A DNA stretch of 64,000 nt from Bdellovibrionales bacterium (GTDB lineage Bacteria; Bdellovibrionota; Bdellovibrionia; Bdellovibrionales; JAUICD01), in contig CBDANC010000015.1 of the NCBI GenBank assembly GCA_965197425.1, forward strand, positions 256,001 to 320,000, given 5' to 3'. This document shows positions 30,843-40,616 of the stretch, piece by piece. The first letter of the stretch is position 1; each line of letters opens with the position of its first letter. A program made the position numbers and the translations under genes. Under the pieces are notes generated by a model. The model saw only the letters and a list, made by a program, of their open reading frames with translations, was not told the DNA's origin and did no database searches.

Positions 30843-32174
30843 TTACATTACAAGCTTAGCAATCAATACAACAAGCACTCCAACAGGAGCCATTATTCTT
30901 ACAGTTACTAAAAATAGTTCTCTAAGGGGTTTGCTTTTTATATCCTTCATTGTTTCATTGATTGCATTTCTACCCAGTCTCCAACCATAAAACAGAGCAA
31001 TTAAAATTCCACCTATAGGCAACAGCCAATTTGTAGTGGCTGTGTCAAACAGGTCAAAAAAGTTAAGACCTAAAATTTTAACGTCTTTTAAGTGGTTGAA
31101 TGATAGAGCACACAGAACCCCTGTACAGTATATAAATATACCACATAGGATTGTTACTTTCTTTCTAGCCAGGTTGAATTTTTCAGAAATAAAACAAACC
31201 GGAACTTCTAAAATAGAAACTGCCGAAGTCAATGCAGCAAAAGTTACAAGCAAGAAGAAGGCAATGGCCAATAGCTTGCCTCCGGCCATTTGAGCAAATA
31301 GCTTTGGTAGCGTTATAAAAATTAGACCAGGTCCACTTTCAGGCTCAACACCATATGTAAATACTATGGAGAAAATAACTAAGCCTGCCACCAGTGCAAT
31401 AGCGGTATCCAAAAATGCAACATTCAATGCAACTTTAGGAAGGCTCTCTTTCTTAGATAGGTAAGAACCATAAGTTATAATTGTTGCCATACCCAAACTT
31501 AAAGTGAAGAAAGAGTGGCCTACAGCATCCAATATACCAGAAGCGGTTAAGTTACCCCAGTTTGGCTTAAACAAAAATAAGAGCGAATCTGTGAAACCTT
31601 CAAGGGTAAATGCTTTGATCAAGAGAAGGCCCAGGATACCTAACAAAGCAGGCATCAAAACTTTGTTCCATCTTTCAAGACCATTTTTCACACCAGCATA
31701 TACAATAGCCACAACTAATGACATAAAAATTGCGTGCCAAAATAACTGGGCACCAGCATTGTCAAATAAATCAGGTAAAACACCTTCTATCTGTTCTGTG
31801 GTCATGCCAGTTAGGTTGTTAAAGATAGACATAAACTCAAAGTTTAATATCCAGCCACCTACAACACTATAAAATGATAAAATCAATATAGCAGAGACAA
31901 GACCCATATATCCAGTTACACTCCATGGAGAATTTTTCTTATCCAGTTTTTCAAATGAAGTCACGGCATTCGCTTGGCCAGCTTGACCTATATACATCTC
32001 CGCAATCAATATAGGTACTCCAATTATCAATATACAGATTAGATAAATCAGGACAAATGCACCTCCACCTTGCTCACCAGCCATATATGGAAACTTCCAT
32101 ATATTACCTAAACCAATAGCAGAACCTGCTGCCGCAAGTACAAAAGCAATTCTGCTAGACCAATGCGCTCTCAT
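30843..32174 (-). CDS. Sodium-dependent transporter, NSS/SNF family
   Basis: GSAIGLGNIWKFPY...GGGAF, FFTLSLG, GPGLIFITLP. Confidence 0.95.
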   Translation of the reverse strand: MRAHWSSRIAFVLAAAGSAIGLGNIWKFPYMAGEQGGGAFVLIYLICILIIGVPILIAEMYIGQAGQANAVTSFEKLDKKNSPWSVTGYMGLVSAILILSFYSVVGGWILNFEFMSIFNNLTGMTTEQIEGVLPDLFDNAGAQLFWHAIFMSLVVAIVYAGVKNGLERWNKVLMPALLGILGLLLIKAFTLEGFTDSLLFLFKPNWGNLTASGILDAVGHSFFTLSLGMATIITYGSYLSKKESLPKVALNVAFLDTAIALVAGLVIFSIVFTYGVEPESGPGLIFITLPKLFAQMAGGKLLAIAFFLLVTFAALTSAVSILEVPVCFISEKFNLARKKVTILCGIFIYCTGVLCALSFNHLKDVKILGLNFFDLFDTATTNWLLPIGGILIALFYGWRLGRNAINETMKDIKSKPLRELFLVTVRIMAPVGVLVVLIAKLVM

Positions 32175-32410
32175 GTTGACATCCTCCCTCGAGAAGCAAA
32201 TAACTTATCTTTTCAAAGCACCCAGCATCTCAAAATAAAAGTTCAGTGGCCACACCTAACACCTCCTACGATTAGATGTCAAAGTATAATTAGCTAGATT
32301 GTTCAGTACTAATGGTTATATTTGAATGTCCAAGACACTAGAACAGTTGAACCTCATAGCTTAATAACTCAAAATTATATCTAGGTCTGAAAATATACTT
32401 AGGAGAAATA

Positions 32411-33280
32411 ATGAAAACCTCCATCGTTGTTGTCTTATTTAGTGCTATCGTGGCTTTGCTGGGTTGGGGAGTAGGTAATGCATGGCAGACCCAGCCATAT
32501 GAAGTAGGTGATGATAATTATGGGCACGAATATTCAGATCTGTTGAATATAGAGCTACTAAATCCACTTGAAAGCCCTGTTTTTGCTACTACTATACCGA
32601 CTGCTGTTGGTTCTTACACAAGAGGTGGATTGAGGAGTGCAATCAGAATAAGGGAAGAAGGAATAGGGTATGTGAAGGTCTTTAGAAATAACAATTCTAG
32701 TTACGGCACCCACTATCTAATAAGTACCATAGAATTTGTTACAAGTGAGATGAGGGATAGATATCCAAACCACCCTAGGCTAGAAATAACCGCACTTAGT
32801 AAGCAGAATGGAGGGAACAGTCCTGGGCACGACAGCCATCAGAATGGATTAGATATGGATGCCATCTACTTACACAAACAAGGTATCGAAAGGGCAGTGA
32901 GGCGGATTTTAGATAGCTCAGAGCCAAATGGCATGGAGGAATTTGTACAAAATGGAGTTGTGTCCAGTAAAGTGGATATAGAACGTAATTTTCAGTTGAT
33001 GCATTTGTTTGTCAAAACAGGAAGAGTAAATACAATTTTTACTGACAGATACATAAAAGCAGCACTTTGTAATTATGCAAAAGTAAGCGAGATAAGTGGG
33101 TTTGAAAACACCTTAGCAAAAATAAAACACTGGTCTGGTCATAAAACTCATTTTCATGTAAGGCTTGAATGTCCAAACTCAAGTAGGCAATGTAGAAAAG
33201 AGGCTCCATCTAATGAGGGTCCTGGATGTAGTCTTGAAAGGCCTGATCCCATACCAAGGGGTGGTAAAAGAATAGGTTAA
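32411..33280 (+). CDS. mepA: Penicillin-insensitive murein endopeptidase (MepA family)
   Basis: Signal peptide; GHDSHQNGLDMD and HKTHFHVRLECP zinc motifs. Confidence 0.85.
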   Translation: MKTSIVVVLFSAIVALLGWGVGNAWQTQPYEVGDDNYGHEYSDLLNIELLNPLESPVFATTIPTAVGSYTRGGLRSAIRIREEGIGYVKVFRNNNSSYGTHYLISTIEFVTSEMRDRYPNHPRLEITALSKQNGGNSPGHDSHQNGLDMDAIYLHKQGIERAVRRILDSSEPNGMEEFVQNGVVSSKVDIERNFQLMHLFVKTGRVNTIFTDRYIKAALCNYAKVSEISGFENTLAKIKHWSGHKTHFHVRLECPNSSRQCRKEAPSNEGPGCSLERPDPIPRGGKRIG

Positions 33281-33281
33281 C

Positions 33282-33845
33282 TCATCTGAGTTTTGTTTTT
33301 ATTTCTCCATCAATTTTAATTACTTCAGAAGGTGGGCCTGTCAGGATAACATCATCATCAACACAATAGACATAATCTGGCATTTTGCCCAAAAGCTCTT
33401 TTCCATTTTCCACTGGGTTTTCTCCTGAAAGGTTGGCACTGGTGGTTATCAAAGGCACTTTGCATAGATCTAGTAGTTCAGAAATAAACGGGTGATCTAT
33501 ACATCTTAAACCTACAAAATTAGTACCCCCATGTACAAGGGGACTTAGGTTTTTAGCTCTTAGAACAAAAGTAGTTTTACCGGGCCAGTGTTTTTGTAAT
33601 TCAGCTTCTATAGTGTTATCTATGTGAGCGTATTTTTTTGCCATATCAACATTGGATACCAAAATGCTAACAGGTTTTGTTGGCTGTCTTTTTTTTACCA
33701 AAAATAAATTCTTAACAGCCGTATTGTTTGTGATTATACATCCAATTCCCCACACAGTGTTAGTTGGATATATTAGTAGGTTTCCTGGTGTGTTTAAGAC
33801 ATTGAATGCCTGAGTAGGCGATTCTAAAATGTTTTTTGTTTGCAT
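33282..33845 (-). CDS. tsaC: L-threonylcarbamoyladenylate synthase (YrdC/Sua5)
   Basis: YPTNTVWGIG, KKRQPTKP, WPG, TTSANLSGE. Confidence 0.9.
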   Translation of the reverse strand: MQTKNILESPTQAFNVLNTPGNLLIYPTNTVWGIGCIITNNTAVKNLFLVKKRQPTKPVSILVSNVDMAKKYAHIDNTIEAELQKHWPGKTTFVLRAKNLSPLVHGGTNFVGLRCIDHPFISELLDLCKVPLITTSANLSGENPVENGKELLGKMPDYVYCVDDDVILTGPPSEVIKIDGEIKTKLR

Positions 33846-34654
33846 CAGAAGTTAAAGCCTATGAAGGCAATTATATTTATTAAATCTCCGTTAGGTCCAA
33901 ATTCAGGATTCGTTAAGCGCCTTTCTTCTTCTTCTCCGCAGCTTTGCTCAGAAAGCCCGCATAGATTCATTTCTGGAGTATCATTTTCATCATTGAACAT
34001 AACATATTGAAACCTAGCTTCTACACCAAAATAGGCTTTATTCCTCATCATAGGAAATTCAACTCCCAGCCCTGAATTAAAACTCCAGTGGCGATCCATA
34101 GGGTCGTCACCATCACTATCCTGCCACCAGTTAAACCTCTGTACCCTTTTTATCCAACCTAATCCCAGAGCAATGTAGGGGTTAATCGGAGCTAGACCTT
34201 TTGTAACATTCTGAGTGTTAAAATAATATTTGAAGTCTAAGTCAAATTCAGACAATGTTGTGTTTTCTATAGAATCATATTGACCAAATTTGTTTTCCAG
34301 CTTGTGTGCGGTTCTAAAATAACTTACCTGAAAAGCACTTCTTAGGTTAAAGAAAAAATTTAAAAATACTCCACCACCTAAACCAAACATTCCTTCTTGT
34401 TTACCTAACTCACCAGTAAACAACCTTGCGCCAAAAAGACCTCCAAAATTCAGTAGTCTTCCGTTTGTAAAAAAGTGTACATCTGCTTCTTCTTCTGAAG
34501 CTTCTTCAAACTCAGAATAGTCAGCAAATGGATCGTAGTGTTCTCCCACTTGTTCAAACTGGGCCAAAAGTCCAATATCACTAGCACATACATAGCTTGT
34601 TAGTGAAAAAACCAATGTTAAGGTTGTAATAAAAGTCCAAAGATTTAGTTTCAT
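33845..34654 (-). CDS. Outer-membrane beta-barrel protein
   Basis: Signal peptide, alternating aromatic beta-strands (PYIALGLG, YFGVEARFQYV), C-terminal Phe (IGFNF). Confidence 0.75.
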   Translation of the reverse strand: MKLNLWTFITTLTLVFSLTSYVCASDIGLLAQFEQVGEHYDPFADYSEFEEASEEEADVHFFTNGRLLNFGGLFGARLFTGELGKQEGMFGLGGGVFLNFFFNLRSAFQVSYFRTAHKLENKFGQYDSIENTTLSEFDLDFKYYFNTQNVTKGLAPINPYIALGLGWIKRVQRFNWWQDSDGDDPMDRHWSFNSGLGVEFPMMRNKAYFGVEARFQYVMFNDENDTPEMNLCGLSEQSCGEEEERRLTNPEFGPNGDLINIIAFIGFNF

Positions 34655-34676
34655 TTAAAACACTTCCTTTTATGCC

Positions 34677-34704
34677 TTTTCGGATTTGTTGCGAGATCAA
34701 TTTA
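34677..34704 (-). promoter_or_regulatory. Sigma28/FliA-like promoter motif TAAA-N16-TCCGAAAA
   Basis: Upstream of the OMP gene start at 34654. Confidence 0.55.
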
Positions 34705-34915
34705 ATAATTGAACCCTAAGGTTTAATTCTGATACATACATAAGTATAGGTACTATTAGAGGTTTGTTGTACGATAAGTGTTATATTTAGCTGTGGTAGT
34801 GCCTTTAAAGACGGTATCTTTCTTTCTGGGGCTGTTTTTAAATTTGTAATTATGATAGCTAAGATAGTAGGTGCAGTACAAAATGGAAAATAAATTTCCA
34901 TTTTGTTACTCCGTT

Positions 34916-34991
34916 GGGGCTGTAGTTCAGTTGGTAGAACACTACGCTGGCAGCGTATAGGTCGTCGGTTCAAGTCCGATCAGCTCCACCA
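34916..34991 (+). tRNA. tRNA-Ala (anticodon GGC)
   Basis: 76-nt cloverleaf: acceptor GGGGCTG/CAGCTCC with G3:U70, D-arm GTTC/GAAC, anticodon loop CTGGCAG, TTCAAGT loop, encoded CCA. Confidence 0.97.
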
Positions 34992-36415
34992 ACTGAATCT
35001 CTGGCACCTAGTTTTTTAACATGTCTAAAAACAGTGCTTCTACCTAAACCTAGTTTGTTGGCTAAGACATCCACATTGCCATTCACAGCTTTCAATGCGT
35101 TGTTGTAGTATAGCCTTCTGGTTTGTATTAAAAACTTCCTATATCCATCTGGAGAAATATCAGAAATTGTTTTAGGAAAACCGTAAGCTTCACTTAAAAA
35201 TTCTAGCTCCTCTAGCTCTATATCATCTGCATCTAGTACATTATTTTGTGTTAACTTACGCTTAACTAGAATTCTATCTACCACATTTTTTAGCTCTCTT
35301 GTGTTACCTTCCCAATCATACTGAGATAATTTTTTAAGAGCAGGTTTATTGAGTTCTATTTTACATTCACTTAACCCCAGTTCATTAAGTTGTAGTAATG
35401 AGAAAAACTTAAACAAGCAAGGTATATCACTGGTCTTATCTCTAAGAGGAGTAGTTCTTATTCTCACTACATTTATTCTGTAGTATAAATCTTTTCTGAA
35501 TTTTCCCAAGCTTACCATCTGTTCCAAATTTTTATTTGTAGCAGAGATCAATCTAAAATTACTCTTGGTAGGCACGGCAGAGCCAAGTTTAAAAAATTCA
35601 CCATCTTGTAAGACTCTAAGAACTTTTGCCTGCAAAGTAAGTGGTAGATCTCCTATTTCATCTAAAAATAAGTCACCACCATTAGCTTGCTCCACGAGTC
35701 CTTTTTTATCGTACAATGCCCCTGTAAACGCTCCTTTTTTATAACCAAACAACTCACTTTCAAACAAAGCTTCAGGTATACTGCTACAATTTATTGGTAT
35801 GAAAGGTCTAGGATTGGTGCTAGCTTTGTGTAACATTCTAGCTACAAGCTCTTTTCCCGTGCCACTTTCTCCGGTGATCATGATATTGGAGTTTACGTCC
35901 CCTAGACCCAATATCATGCACTTAAGTTTTTTGATAGAACTAGAGATTCCGAGCATCTCATACTTACAAGCATCTTTTATAAGGGAATAAGCACTGTTAT
36001 TATCAACCGTTTGTTTTAAGATAAGTGAAATTGTATTGATTAAAAGTTTGGAAGATAGCTTGTTATCCAAACGTAAATAACAATCTACAAAATTATATTT
36101 AGATAAGCTGTATGTATCACACAAAACTACTAGAAATGATTTATGTAAACCAAGTTTTAAGAATTTTAATACTTCATGTTCTAAAAGATGTATCTTGTTG
36201 ACTACAAATACATCATAGCTATTTTGTTTAAAAAGTTTTTTTGCTTTAGTAAAACTATTAACGAAGTTAGATTCTTGGTGTATGTTTAATATGCTACTTT
36301 CCTGATGCTCTAATTCAGTTGCACCTAAGAATAAAAATTTGAAAGCCCCCTTGTTACCATAATTTGTTCTAATCTCCGTCATTAAAAACCAAGTAAATCT
36401 TACAGGAAGTAGCAC
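34970..36415 (-). CDS. Sigma-54-dependent transcriptional activator (NtrC-type AAA+/Fis-HTH)
   Basis: GESGTGKE, ESELFG, GAFTGA, LFLDEIG, FRKDLYYR, WEGNTREL; start uncertain (ATG 36382 possible). Confidence 0.92.
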   Translation of the reverse strand: MLLPVRFTWFLMTEIRTNYGNKGAFKFLFLGATELEHQESSILNIHQESNFVNSFTKAKKLFKQNSYDVFVVNKIHLLEHEVLKFLKLGLHKSFLVVLCDTYSLSKYNFVDCYLRLDNKLSSKLLINTISLILKQTVDNNSAYSLIKDACKYEMLGISSSIKKLKCMILGLGDVNSNIMITGESGTGKELVARMLHKASTNPRPFIPINCSSIPEALFESELFGYKKGAFTGALYDKKGLVEQANGGDLFLDEIGDLPLTLQAKVLRVLQDGEFFKLGSAVPTKSNFRLISATNKNLEQMVSLGKFRKDLYYRINVVRIRTTPLRDKTSDIPCLFKFFSLLQLNELGLSECKIELNKPALKKLSQYDWEGNTRELKNVVDRILVKRKLTQNNVLDADDIELEELEFLSEAYGFPKTISDISPDGYRKFLIQTRRLYYNNALKAVNGNVDVLANKLGLGRSTVFRHVKKLGARDSVGGADRT

Positions 36416-36562
36416 TATTGCTGCGCCTGTATCATTTTATAGTTTGCCTTATTTAACAACAGTTTTATAAAGCAAGCCCTAACGAATAGCATAGTTTTGA
36501 CAAAAGATGATCAGAAAACTTTACAGATTTAAGTTTTTACAATTAAGTGAAATTTTTTTCAT

Positions 36563-36913
36563 CAAGGTCTTTCTAATGAGGCAAAAAATAAGGAGGCTTT
36601 ACCTACTTTTTTTTGCCGAATGGTTGCCCAGCACTGGACACGATGCTGATCCCGTTACACAAGGTGAGGTCAATGAGGCTAGAAACAAGGTGACCTGTTT
36701 TTAGCCTCGTTAGGAAGACCTTGATGAACGGGATCAGCTGTGAGGAGGACGCAAAAACATGATATTATTTGTACCTCTGATTTATCGACAAGACATGAGG
36801 TTTACGGAGACCTGTTTTCGAAAGAGCCATTTGGCTAAAAGATGTTTTGGTTTCATTTGGACTTCGTCCTGCATTTCACCAATCCATCTTGTTAGCCTCA
36901 TTAGGCTCACCTT
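36563..36913. repeat. Cluster of palindromic repeat modules (full unit 36563-36632, hairpin 36645-36738, partial 36828-36913)
   Basis: 36563-36609 matches the reverse complement of 42335-42381 at 43/47; ttttttgccgaatggttgcccagc matches the end of the 62892-62957 unit. Confidence 0.85.
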
Positions 36914-36918
36914 TATTT

Positions 36919-37977
36919 TTAAATTCCGCAGCTTCTTGCAGACTGTTTAAATTTGCTAGACCAATTATATACTCTGTTTTGCCTTAGTTTTCCCACAGCA
37001 TCTAGTATTTTTGAGTAAGCGGATTTATCGATCTCACATGCTTTGACATAGGCTTTTAGGGACTCTGAGTATTTGTTCATTTCCAACAACACTCTTCCTT
37101 TACCTAGGTAACATCGTTTTGAAAGTTTATCAGCTACAATGCATTGATTAAAATATTTTAAGGCAGCTTCCCAGTTGGATACATCTTCAGAAAGACTGGC
37201 AACAACAAACTGTGCAAATTCAGATTTGGGAAATTGTTTTGCTGCTCTGGTTAATATATTCATAGCAGCTTTTTGTTTTTCAGAATATTTATATGCAAGA
37301 CCCAAATAAACATGGTTACTAGCATTTGATTTGTCTAAAAAAATTGCCTTTTGACAACTATTCAACGCAGGTTGAAAAAGATTTTCTTCAGTATCAATTT
37401 GACACAATTTAGACATGGCTTTTACATTTTTAGGATAAAATTTCACTATGTCGTTTAGTATCAATCTCATTTCATACATATTTTTTTGTATTTCATAGAC
37501 ATCGATTAAACCCCATAACGCTATCAAGTGTTTTGGGTACACACCAAGAGCTTCCCTATAACTTGAAATTGCGTTGTCATAGTCATGTAGCCTTATATAT
37601 GTTGCTGCGATGTGAGTTTTAATCTCAGGAGATCTTGGTTTTAAGGTTGATAGTATTTTCAGGTTTCTTAAAACTTCCTTGTAATCCCCCTTTTTATTAT
37701 AAGCGCCTATCGACCATTTAAGAGATTCCTCAGTTGGGCCTTCATTAGTTCTTCTCAAGTGGGATATTGCTTTATCCAACTTATTTTTTTTTAGGTAAAT
37801 TATTCCTAGACGTAGGTGTAGGTCTAAATCATCTGGTCTTTTAGTTAGCATTTTTTTTAGAGCGCGCTCGCTATACTTTTTGGTGTTCTTACCCTCAGTA
37901 TTACTGTTTGATTCTATGGTAATTAGAAAAATACAGGCTAGTAACAAGTAAAGGGCCATTTGTCTTAGACGAAACAT
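36919..37977 (-). CDS. Exported tetratricopeptide-repeat protein
   Basis: N-terminal hydrophobic signal; repeated TPR-like helices (LGIIYLKKNKLDKAISHL; AISSYREAL; LGLAY). Confidence 0.88.
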   Translation of the reverse strand: MFRLRQMALYLLLACIFLITIESNSNTEGKNTKKYSERALKKMLTKRPDDLDLHLRLGIIYLKKNKLDKAISHLRRTNEGPTEESLKWSIGAYNKKGDYKEVLRNLKILSTLKPRSPEIKTHIAATYIRLHDYDNAISSYREALGVYPKHLIALWGLIDVYEIQKNMYEMRLILNDIVKFYPKNVKAMSKLCQIDTEENLFQPALNSCQKAIFLDKSNASNHVYLGLAYKYSEKQKAAMNILTRAAKQFPKSEFAQFVVASLSEDVSNWEAALKYFNQCIVADKLSKRCYLGKGRVLLEMNKYSESLKAYVKACEIDKSAYSKILDAVGKLRQNRVYNWSSKFKQSARSCGI

Positions 37978-37997
37978 ACATATATTCTATATATATC

Positions 37998-38810
37998 ATG
38001 AGAAGAATCAACACTAACACCAGAGAATCAGGACAGGCACTAGTTGAATATATCCTCATTTTGATGATTGTTGTTTTGATTTCTATAGGTTTGTTATATC
38101 AATTTAATAAGAGTGTCAGAGATTACACAAATGTGTTTTTTGGAGAATATATTGCTTGTTTAATTGCATCTGGACAATTGCCATCACTAGGTAGTGAAGA
38201 TAATACAGGTTGTACAAAACCTAGTTTTAGCTTTAACAGTAATGACTTAGAAGATACCGGAGTAGGAGGAGGTGGGGATTCATCCTCTTCATCTGAATCT
38301 AATAGCTCTGTAAACAACAGAGCAGGGTTGATAAGTAGTAATGAGCAAGGAGGATCAAGAGGAGTAGGCGGAGCTTCAACTGGGAGTAATTCTGTTCCTA
38401 TTTCAGACTCAGGCGAGTCTGAAAGTGGAGATGATCAAGGTGACACTACAGATTTTGCCCAAGGAAGAAGTAGTAGAGTTGCAATTTCTAATGATTCAAC
38501 CGAAAGCAATGACGATTTAGTTCTAAGCTCTGGAAGAGTTAGAAATGTTCCAATTAGTTTGTCTGATGATGAAGCAGAAGAGGCAAAACAAGAAGGAAAC
38601 AATCAATTAATTGCCCAAGATCAAATAGGTCAAACAAGGTTGGTGCCTATATCTCAATCAGAAGGTAGGAGAATTGATGAAGTAGATTCTGATGTAGGAT
38701 TAAACATGGCCGGATTTATAAAGTGGTTATTTATTATTGGAATAATTATTGCGATAGTGGTGCTACTTTTTATGCAAGCATTACAGATCAAAAAAGGATT
38801 GGAAAAATAG
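37998..38810 (+). CDS. TadE/Flp-type prepilin-like protein with low-complexity linker and C-terminal TM helix
   Basis: RESG|QALVEYILILMIVVLISIGL prepilin motif; Ser/Gly/Asp-rich middle; WLFIIGIIIAIVVLLFM. Confidence 0.75.
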   Translation: MRRINTNTRESGQALVEYILILMIVVLISIGLLYQFNKSVRDYTNVFFGEYIACLIASGQLPSLGSEDNTGCTKPSFSFNSNDLEDTGVGGGGDSSSSSESNSSVNNRAGLISSNEQGGSRGVGGASTGSNSVPISDSGESESGDDQGDTTDFAQGRSSRVAISNDSTESNDDLVLSSGRVRNVPISLSDDEAEEAKQEGNNQLIAQDQIGQTRLVPISQSEGRRIDEVDSDVGLNMAGFIKWLFIIGIIIAIVVLLFMQALQIKKGLEK

Positions 38811-38875
38811 TTTATCTACGTGTGTCAGTGAAAAATGTTTTATTGCCCAATGATATATGAGTTATGTAGGATGTT

Positions 38876-39355
38876 TTGGTGGCAAAAGTTTTGAAGCAGC
38901 AGTTTTTGGAATGTTCTTCTACAAGCATCCAAACTTTAAAAGGTAAATCAACTACTAGACTTTTCACTCTAGAAGAAGCAAATAACCTCATTCTTGCGAA
39001 GATACTAGGAGAGGCCTTATGGTTTACATCTCTGTATGACAGAACTGTTATTAACTTTTATAAAACTAAAAAAGACCTTGTTATTTTAGATGAGAAATTA
39101 AATCACATAAAGAAAATGTGGGATAATCGCATTGAAAGTTTTGGTGCTATACCAGAAGGGATTGGTGTAGTTGATTTTAATGCAGGAGATAACATGCGTT
39201 TTTGTTGGAAATATTACAACAAACGAGATCCTCGTTTTGAAAATTGTATTTTATATTGGCACAAGGTGGGAGAAGGTTTTTCTAAAAGGATTCCTATAAA
39301 ATACTTCCCCAAAGAATCAAAAGATGAACTTAGTGCAATCCAACTTATCCACTAA
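38876..39355 (+). CDS. DUF2203-like protein
   Basis: FTLEEAN, GVVDF, FCWK, ILYWH...GFSKRIPI pattern. Confidence 0.75.
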   Translation: MVAKVLKQQFLECSSTSIQTLKGKSTTRLFTLEEANNLILAKILGEALWFTSLYDRTVINFYKTKKDLVILDEKLNHIKKMWDNRIESFGAIPEGIGVVDFNAGDNMRFCWKYYNKRDPRFENCILYWHKVGEGFSKRIPIKYFPKESKDELSAIQLIH

Positions 39356-39384
39356 ACTTCAATAAATTGCCCTAACCTGTGGTA

Positions 39385-40341
39385 TTATCTCCCAAATCTT
39401 GTTTGGTGTATGCGATCTTCTAGTAGTTCTACTACTTGCACGTTATATTTTAATTCGGCCCATCTTAGAGCGTCTAACCCATGCTTATCTTCATGAAATA
39501 CATTTACATCTGGAGATGAAAGTATTGCTTCCATAAGGTTTTTTCTGTTTAAGGTCATTACTCCATTGTCACTTAATTTGGCGACATATATAACTGCACT
39601 TGCATTTGAAACACTGTCAGTTGCATTTATGTCTACTCTAGGTGAATTAATAAGTAACTTTAAGTTTTCCAAGTTTATGTGATTGTTTGGTGAACTGAGT
39701 GAAAAAATAGCCCATAGAAGTGGTGTTCTTTCACCGTAGGTATCCTTAGCATTTGTATTTACTTCTGGTATAGACAGAAGCTCTCGTGTAGCAGATGAAT
39801 TGTTATTTATAGCAGCCCAATGAAGTGGGGAATGTCCTGTACCATCTGGCTCATTAACATCTACCCCATGAGCTATCAACAGTCTCATAAGATCAAGACA
39901 ACCGTGTCTTATAGAACGAATCAGAGGAGTATTAGCACTTTTATCAACGAGTCCAGATGATGGTACATGTTCAAGTACAAGAGCAAACTCATCCTTATCG
40001 CATGCATATATAGACTGAAATATTCTTTTTGAAATCTCTGAGTTAATAACTACTATATTTTCTTCTTCCTCAATCACAGGGTATTCTTGCTGCTCGATGC
40101 TATCATCTATGATTATTGGTTCTTGTGGTGTGCTAGCCGTGTTAGTTGTGTCGTCTTTATCACAATCACAGTCACAATCACAATCTGATATACCAATAGT
40201 TTCAGAGTCATCTATAACTGAAGGCTGTTCTACATCCACAAAGGTTGCTTCTGTGTTGTCTTTTAAGGCAGTGTGTCTGACACCATCATTACAACCTATA
40301 CAAAAAAGCGATAAACATATAAGGCTAGTAACTAATCTCAT
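39385..40341 (-). CDS. Ankyrin-repeat lipoprotein (paralog A)
   Basis: Lipobox CIG|C; ANK motifs TPLIRS, GHSPLHWAA, RTPLLWA. Confidence 0.9.
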   Translation of the reverse strand: MRLVTSLICLSLFCIGCNDGVRHTALKDNTEATFVDVEQPSVIDDSETIGISDCDCDCDCDKDDTTNTASTPQEPIIIDDSIEQQEYPVIEEEENIVVINSEISKRIFQSIYACDKDEFALVLEHVPSSGLVDKSANTPLIRSIRHGCLDLMRLLIAHGVDVNEPDGTGHSPLHWAAINNNSSATRELLSIPEVNTNAKDTYGERTPLLWAIFSLSSPNNHINLENLKLLINSPRVDINATDSVSNASAVIYVAKLSDNGVMTLNRKNLMEAILSSPDVNVFHEDKHGLDALRWAELKYNVQVVELLEDRIHQTRFGR

Positions 40342-40616
40342 TTTTTACCCCCGACTGGTGCTCTTATCGGAAACTATCAAAATTACCCAAAGTTTTTAGC
40401 ACTATTTTCTCTGAAAATAACAAAATTTTATTATGCTTCAGTAAAGTTATAGGCTTTTTACAATACCAAACTATGGTCCAAGGACACCGGACTCTTAAGA
40501 GGGTGGTCAAAACGCTTAATCAATGTACTCCGCATCTGTTTCAATGAGAAAAGTTTTGATAAAAAGTTTTTGGTTTTTTTGATGTTTCCTATGTGAGAAG
40601 AGAGTAAAAAAAGATC

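Noticed and set aside
34716..34973. 85-aa minus-strand ORF
   Set aside because: Antisense shadow of tRNA-Ala and its upstream region
34916..34991. tRNA as a prophage or island attachment site
   Set aside because: No integrase, and I saw no duplicate of the tRNA 3' end in the window
36507..36704. 65-aa ORF similar to the 64-aa ORF at 42208..42402 (DADPxTQGxxNEAxNK)
   Set aside because: The similarity comes from the palindromic DNA repeat they overlap; there is no independent sign of coding
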